The notes under the pieces were generated by a model that had not been told where the DNA came from, ran no database searches, and saw only the letters and a list, made by a program, of their open reading frames with translations. Made by a program: the position numbers and the translations under genes. From the NCBI GenBank assembly GCA_946002045.1, contig CAMFYM010000001.1:1-63581 (forward strand): a stretch of 63,581 nucleotides of DNA. Reading direction: 5' to 3'. This document shows positions 59,747 to 63,581 of the stretch, one piece after another. Position 1 is the first letter of the stretch. Each line of letters opens with the position of its first letter. This DNA comes from an uncultured Clostridia bacterium (GTDB lineage: Bacteria > Bacillota > Clostridia > Oscillospirales > Acutalibacteraceae).

Positions 59747-62062
59747 TTAAAAATTATTTATTTTTATTTCAATTTTATCCCCTGCTGTTAAGGAGAATTG
59801 CTCGATGGATTTATCCTGATTAAACACAATTGCGTTAGCAAGCTGTTCCTCCACCTCACGCCTTACGGCATCACGAAGTCCACGAGCATTTTTCTTTGAG
59901 CCGTATGCCTGCTTTGCAAGGAATACAGGCACAGTATCGTCGTATTTAAGAGTAATTGCCTTGTCCTTTAGGCTTTCAACAAGCTCATTCAGCATAAGCC
60001 TTGCAATCTTCTCAAAATCGTCGTGAGTAAGCTGATTGAACTGAATAACCTCATCAACTCTGCCTAAAAATTCAGGCCTTAAAAATCTTTCAAGCGCCTT
60101 CATTGTTACCTCACTGCCGATTTGCGCACTTGATTTATTAAAGCCCAGTGACGCAGAGTCGGTTGAGCCTGCATTTGAGGTCATTATAATAACTGTATTT
60201 TCAAAATTAACAGTTCTTCCCTGTGCATCAGTAATTCTGCCCTCATCAAGAATTTGAAGCAGGATATTCAATACATCCTTATGCGCCTTTTCTATTTCAT
60301 CAAAAAGGATAACGCTGTAAGGCTTTCTTCTAACCTTTTCTGTTAACTGTCCTGCATCGTCATAGCCAACATATCCGGGAGGAGAGCCGATGATTCTTGA
60401 TACACTGAACTTCTCCATAAACTCCGACATATCAAGCCTAATAAGATTATCGGGACTGTCAAACAATGCATCTGCAAGTCGCTTAACAAGCTCTGTTTTT
60501 CCCACACCGGTTGGACCTACAAAGATAAACGACTGAGGTCTTTTCTTTGGGCTGATTTGTACTCTGCCACGACGAACTGCATTGGCAACCTTACTGATTG
60601 CATTATCCTGACCGATAATATGTGCCTTGAGTTCATCCTCAAGAGTAGCAAGCTTTTTAATATCACTTTCCTCAATTTTAGATACAGGAATACCGGTCCA
60701 AAGAGAAATAACCTTTGCTAAATCGGCCTCAATAACCTGATTATCCTTTGCCTGCTCCTTAAGCTCGTCAAGAGTTGAATCAATTTGAAAAATCTCACTC
60801 TTAAGCTTTGTAATAAGCTCATAATCAATAGTATCATTTTCCTCAGGTGATGAAAGATTTTCAATATTTTCCTCAAGAAGCTTTTTCCTGTCAACTGCCA
60901 GCTGATATTTGCTGATAGCAGGATTTCTTAAATTAGCACAGGTGCAGCTTTCATCCAAAAGATCTATTGCCTTATCGGGCAAATAACGGTCTGTTACATA
61001 TCGCTCAGACATAATAACTGCACGGTACACAAGTGAGTCGGAAATCTGTACTCGGTGATAATCCTCGTAATAGCTCTTAATACCTAAAAGCATTTTATAG
61101 GCATCGTCGATTGACGGCTCTTCTATCTTAATAGGCTGGAAGCGACGCTCAAGGGCAGCATCCTTTTCTATATACTTACGGTATTCGTTAAAGGTTGTTG
61201 CACCGATAACCTGAATTTCGCCTCTCGAAAGAGCAGGCTTAAGAATATTGGCAGCATTCATTGTGCCCTCAGAATCGCCTGTACCTACAAGGTTGTGAAC
61301 CTCATCAATAAACAGGATAATATTACCCTCCTGCTTAACCTCATCTACAAGACCTTTAATTCTGCCCTCAAACTGACCTCTAAACTGTGTGCCGGCAACA
61401 AGGGCAGTTAAGTCAAGAAGATAAATTTCCTTATCGGCAAGACGGGCAGGAACCTGACCCTTGGCAATACGTATAGCAAGGCCCTCGGCTATTGCAGTTT
61501 TACCTACACCGGGCTCACCGATAAGGCAAGGGTTATTCTTTGTTCGTCTGCAAAGAATTTGAATAGCACGGGAAATCTCGCTTTCTCTGCCTATAATATT
61601 ATCAATCTCGCCTTTTTGGGCACGGGCTGTAAGATTGTTACAATAGGTGTTAAGAAATTTTCTTGGGTCATCCTTTGAATTTTTCCTGCCACGCTTTGAG
61701 CGCTTTTTACCACTGTCATCATTAGACACCGAATCGTCCTGTGGAGCAAGACTGCCACCAAACAAATCTGCAAAGGGCATTGTCTGTGCGCCGTCCATAT
61801 TATCGGGGTTAAACATTTCTCCAAGACTGCCAAAATCAAAATCGCCCATATTCTCCATAAATTTTGACATCTGCTCCGACGCCAGCTCCAGCTCCTCGTC
61901 GGAAATGCCCATTTTGTCAATCATTTGATTGATTGAGCCGATATTAAGCTCCCTTGCACATTTAATGCAAAGTCCCTCCGGCACTGCTTGAGTACCCTCC
62001 ATTTTTTGAATAAACACAACTGCAGGTCTTTCACCACAGCGTGAACACATTTGTTGCTTCAT
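59747..62062 (-). CDS. ATP-dependent Clp protease ATPase (ClpE/ClpC-like, N-terminal CxxC...CxxC)
   Basis: Two AAA+ modules ([16 protein letters not shown]); GSPPGYVG; CSRC...CIKC. Confidence 0.93.
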   Translation of the reverse strand: MKQQMCSRCGERPAVVFIQKMEGTQAVPEGLCIKCARELNIGSINQMIDKMGISDEELELASEQMSKFMENMGDFDFGSLGEMFNPDNMDGAQTMPFADLFGGSLAPQDDSVSNDDSGKKRSKRGRKNSKDDPRKFLNTYCNNLTARAQKGEIDNIIGRESEISRAIQILCRRTKNNPCLIGEPGVGKTAIAEGLAIRIAKGQVPARLADKEIYLLDLTALVAGTQFRGQFEGRIKGLVDEVKQEGNIILFIDEVHNLVGTGDSEGTMNAANILKPALSRGEIQVIGATTFNEYRKYIEKDAALERRFQPIKIEEPSIDDAYKMLLGIKSYYEDYHRVQISDSLVYRAVIMSERYVTDRYLPDKAIDLLDESCTCANLRNPAISKYQLAVDRKKLLEENIENLSSPEENDTIDYELITKLKSEIFQIDSTLDELKEQAKDNQVIEADLAKVISLWTGIPVSKIEESDIKKLATLEDELKAHIIGQDNAISKVANAVRRGRVQISPKKRPQSFIFVGPTGVGKTELVKRLADALFDSPDNLIRLDMSEFMEKFSVSRIIGSPPGYVGYDDAGQLTEKVRRKPYSVILFDEIEKAHKDVLNILLQILDEGRITDAQGRTVNFENTVIIMTSNAGSTDSASLGFNKSSAQIGSEVTMKALERFLRPEFLGRVDEVIQFNQLTHDDFEKIARLMLNELVESLKDKAITLKYDDTVPVFLAKQAYGSKKNARGLRDAVRREVEEQLANAIVFNQDKSIEQFSLTAGDKIEIKINNF

Positions 62063-62100
62063 TAAATCTCTCCTAATAGTTAGTAATAACAGAAATGCCT

Positions 62101-62721
62101 TTAATTATTGCTTTTTTTATTTTCCTTAATTTGACGGATAAATCCCGGCGCATAGCCTAAAAGTGAAATAAGTGTGCATACTGCCGAAATTGCAACAAGC
62201 ACCCAGGTAACTGCGTCAGGCAATGTAAAGCCTGTTAACTCACAAAGGGCACCGTTTTTGCCAAATGCAAGAATAAATATCATACCGATATAAAATACAT
62301 TTGTTGCAACCTTGCCCCAAATTTCAGCAGCAGTAGGACGCATACCGAGTGAAAGTAAAACTGCCCCACCTATAATCATAATAAGCTCCTTAACGATAAA
62401 GAACATAAACAGATATTTTATTGCATTTTCCCAATATGTAATAATTAAAACGATCACTATTGCCATTTGAGAAAGCTTATCTGCAATAGGGTCAAGAATT
62501 TTTCCAAGATTAGATACCTGATTAAACTTTCTTGCAATTTTGCCGTCAAACAAATCTGTTAACGCTGCACAAATCATAATGATAACGGCAGGCAAAACAT
62601 ATCCTTTAACAAATAAAATCGCAAAAACGGGAATAAGTGCAATTCTTATAAACGAAAGCCAATTAGGAATAGTATTCCAGCCCTCAAAAAGCTCACTGAT
62701 ATTTTTCTTTAACTCACTCAT
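62101..62721 (-). CDS. CDP-alcohol phosphatidyltransferase (PgsA-like)
   Basis: TIPNWLS..R and TDLFDGKIARK...G..LDPIADK motifs. Confidence 0.9.
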   Translation of the reverse strand: MSELKKNISELFEGWNTIPNWLSFIRIALIPVFAILFVKGYVLPAVIIMICAALTDLFDGKIARKFNQVSNLGKILDPIADKLSQMAIVIVLIITYWENAIKYLFMFFIVKELIMIIGGAVLLSLGMRPTAAEIWGKVATNVFYIGMIFILAFGKNGALCELTGFTLPDAVTWVLVAISAVCTLISLLGYAPGFIRQIKENKKSNN

Positions 62722-62736
62722 AATGATACCTCCATA

Positions 62737-63402
62737 TTAAAGAAGTGGATTATTTGAATTTAAAAGCTGTATAATCTGACTTGCCTGTGCCTGCTTTGCA
62801 AAGGGACTGTCGGCAGATATAATCAGCAAAATATAGCCAATAATTGTTGATACGGCATATGTAAACAGCACTGCCTTAACCAAACCGAAAACGCCACCCA
62901 AAATCCTGTTGGTACGCTTTAACGGAGCGTGCTCCTTTTTCTGCAATCGCTTGAATACAGTCATCAGCACTCCCATAAAAATACTGAACAAAACAAATAT
63001 TACTATAAACAAAACGACCTTAACTACCGTTAATGCAATAGGCTCCAACACAGAATCAGTCAGGCTTTGACCTATTTGCTGGGCAGACATACCCTTAAAC
63101 GAGCCTGCATTTATGTTTGATTTGAATAAATCCGGAATACTGTTGGCAATATTGTTAATGCTTTGTATTATCTCATCTGCTGATGATGCCTCGATTTTTT
63201 CGCTGACGCTATTGCTCAACGCTTCCTTAACATAACTGGTGTAAACATCTCTGTAAAGACCCTCGCTCACAAAATAAGAAAGGGGCATTCCTAACACATA
63301 TCGCAGTGCGCCGATAATTGAAACAAACAAGCCGTTACAAGTGCCTACGATAATGAATACAACTGCAAATACAAGAAATGCTAAATCTATATAATTTATC
63401 AT
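62737..63402 (-). CDS. CvpA family membrane protein
   Basis: N-terminal IDL...G..G..; NRILGGVFGLVK. Confidence 0.78.
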   Translation of the reverse strand: MINYIDLAFLVFAVVFIIVGTCNGLFVSIIGALRYVLGMPLSYFVSEGLYRDVYTSYVKEALSNSVSEKIEASSADEIIQSINNIANSIPDLFKSNINAGSFKGMSAQQIGQSLTDSVLEPIALTVVKVVLFIVIFVLFSIFMGVLMTVFKRLQKKEHAPLKRTNRILGGVFGLVKAVLFTYAVSTIIGYILLIISADSPFAKQAQASQIIQLLNSNNPLL

Positions 63403-63581
63403 TTTTGCTCACCACCCTTGATTATTGATGATTGCTTTTGAATAAAAATTCCTGAGCCTAAGCGACAAATTGAATTGGCAGAATCGTCTGTTGATGTCCT
63501 TCCTTTTTCCTCGCCGTTTGAAAGATTAAAGCTGATTATTTCGTTGTTAGTTAAAACAGAAACTATACCGGATGTGGCAGA
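63399..63581 (-). CDS. 3' end of a gene truncated by the window edge
   Basis: Open frame SATSGIVSV...GGEQK* whose TGA overlaps the cvpA ATG. Confidence 0.6.
   Translation of the reverse strand, partial: SATSGIVSVLTNNEIISFNLSNGEEKGRTSTDDSANSICRLGSGIFIQKQSSIIKGGEQK

Noticed and set aside
59539-59823. 94-aa plus-strand ORF
   Set aside because: It is antisense to tRNA-Arg, tRNA-Gly and their promoter; spurious
1-63581. CRISPR array, prophage, rRNA, intron, intein or transposase; the many short nested ORFs in the track
   Set aside because: No spaced direct repeats or hallmark genes seen; the short ORFs overlap well-supported genes in other frames

Overview
A low-GC chromosomal segment from a sporulating Clostridia-class bacterium; the gene order looks Oscillospirales-like, which is inference. 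It is almost all core housekeeping genes on the minus strand: clpE/C-like, five tRNAs (Gly, Arg, His, Gln, Lys), pyrH-frr-uppS-cdsA-dxr-rseP-ispG-polC, a his operon running into recJ-rel-dtd-hemZ, the yabM-mazG-hup-yabO-yabP-yabQ-divIC cluster, cca, a complete pyr operon with pyrBI, two PrsA-like foldases, sigK, rrf2, tcdA and manA. There are two accessory secreted-protein loci. I see no CRISPR array, prophage, integrase or transposase. The main oddities are: (1) PolC lacks its 3'-5' exonuclease domain but keeps all PHP metal-ligand motifs; (2) HisZ and HisG are fused, in a his operon without hisC, hisH or hisF; (3) a 280-bp, heavily structured MITE-like element with terminal inverted repeats; (4) an unannotated 55-aa YxxP peptide gene between a 1209-aa secreted protein and a Thr-rich lipoprotein that shares an acidic motif with it; (5) an E. 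coli pyrBI-type AATTTG initial transcript at a pyr promoter that has no PyrR leader. All calls come from reading motifs by eye; no searches were run.
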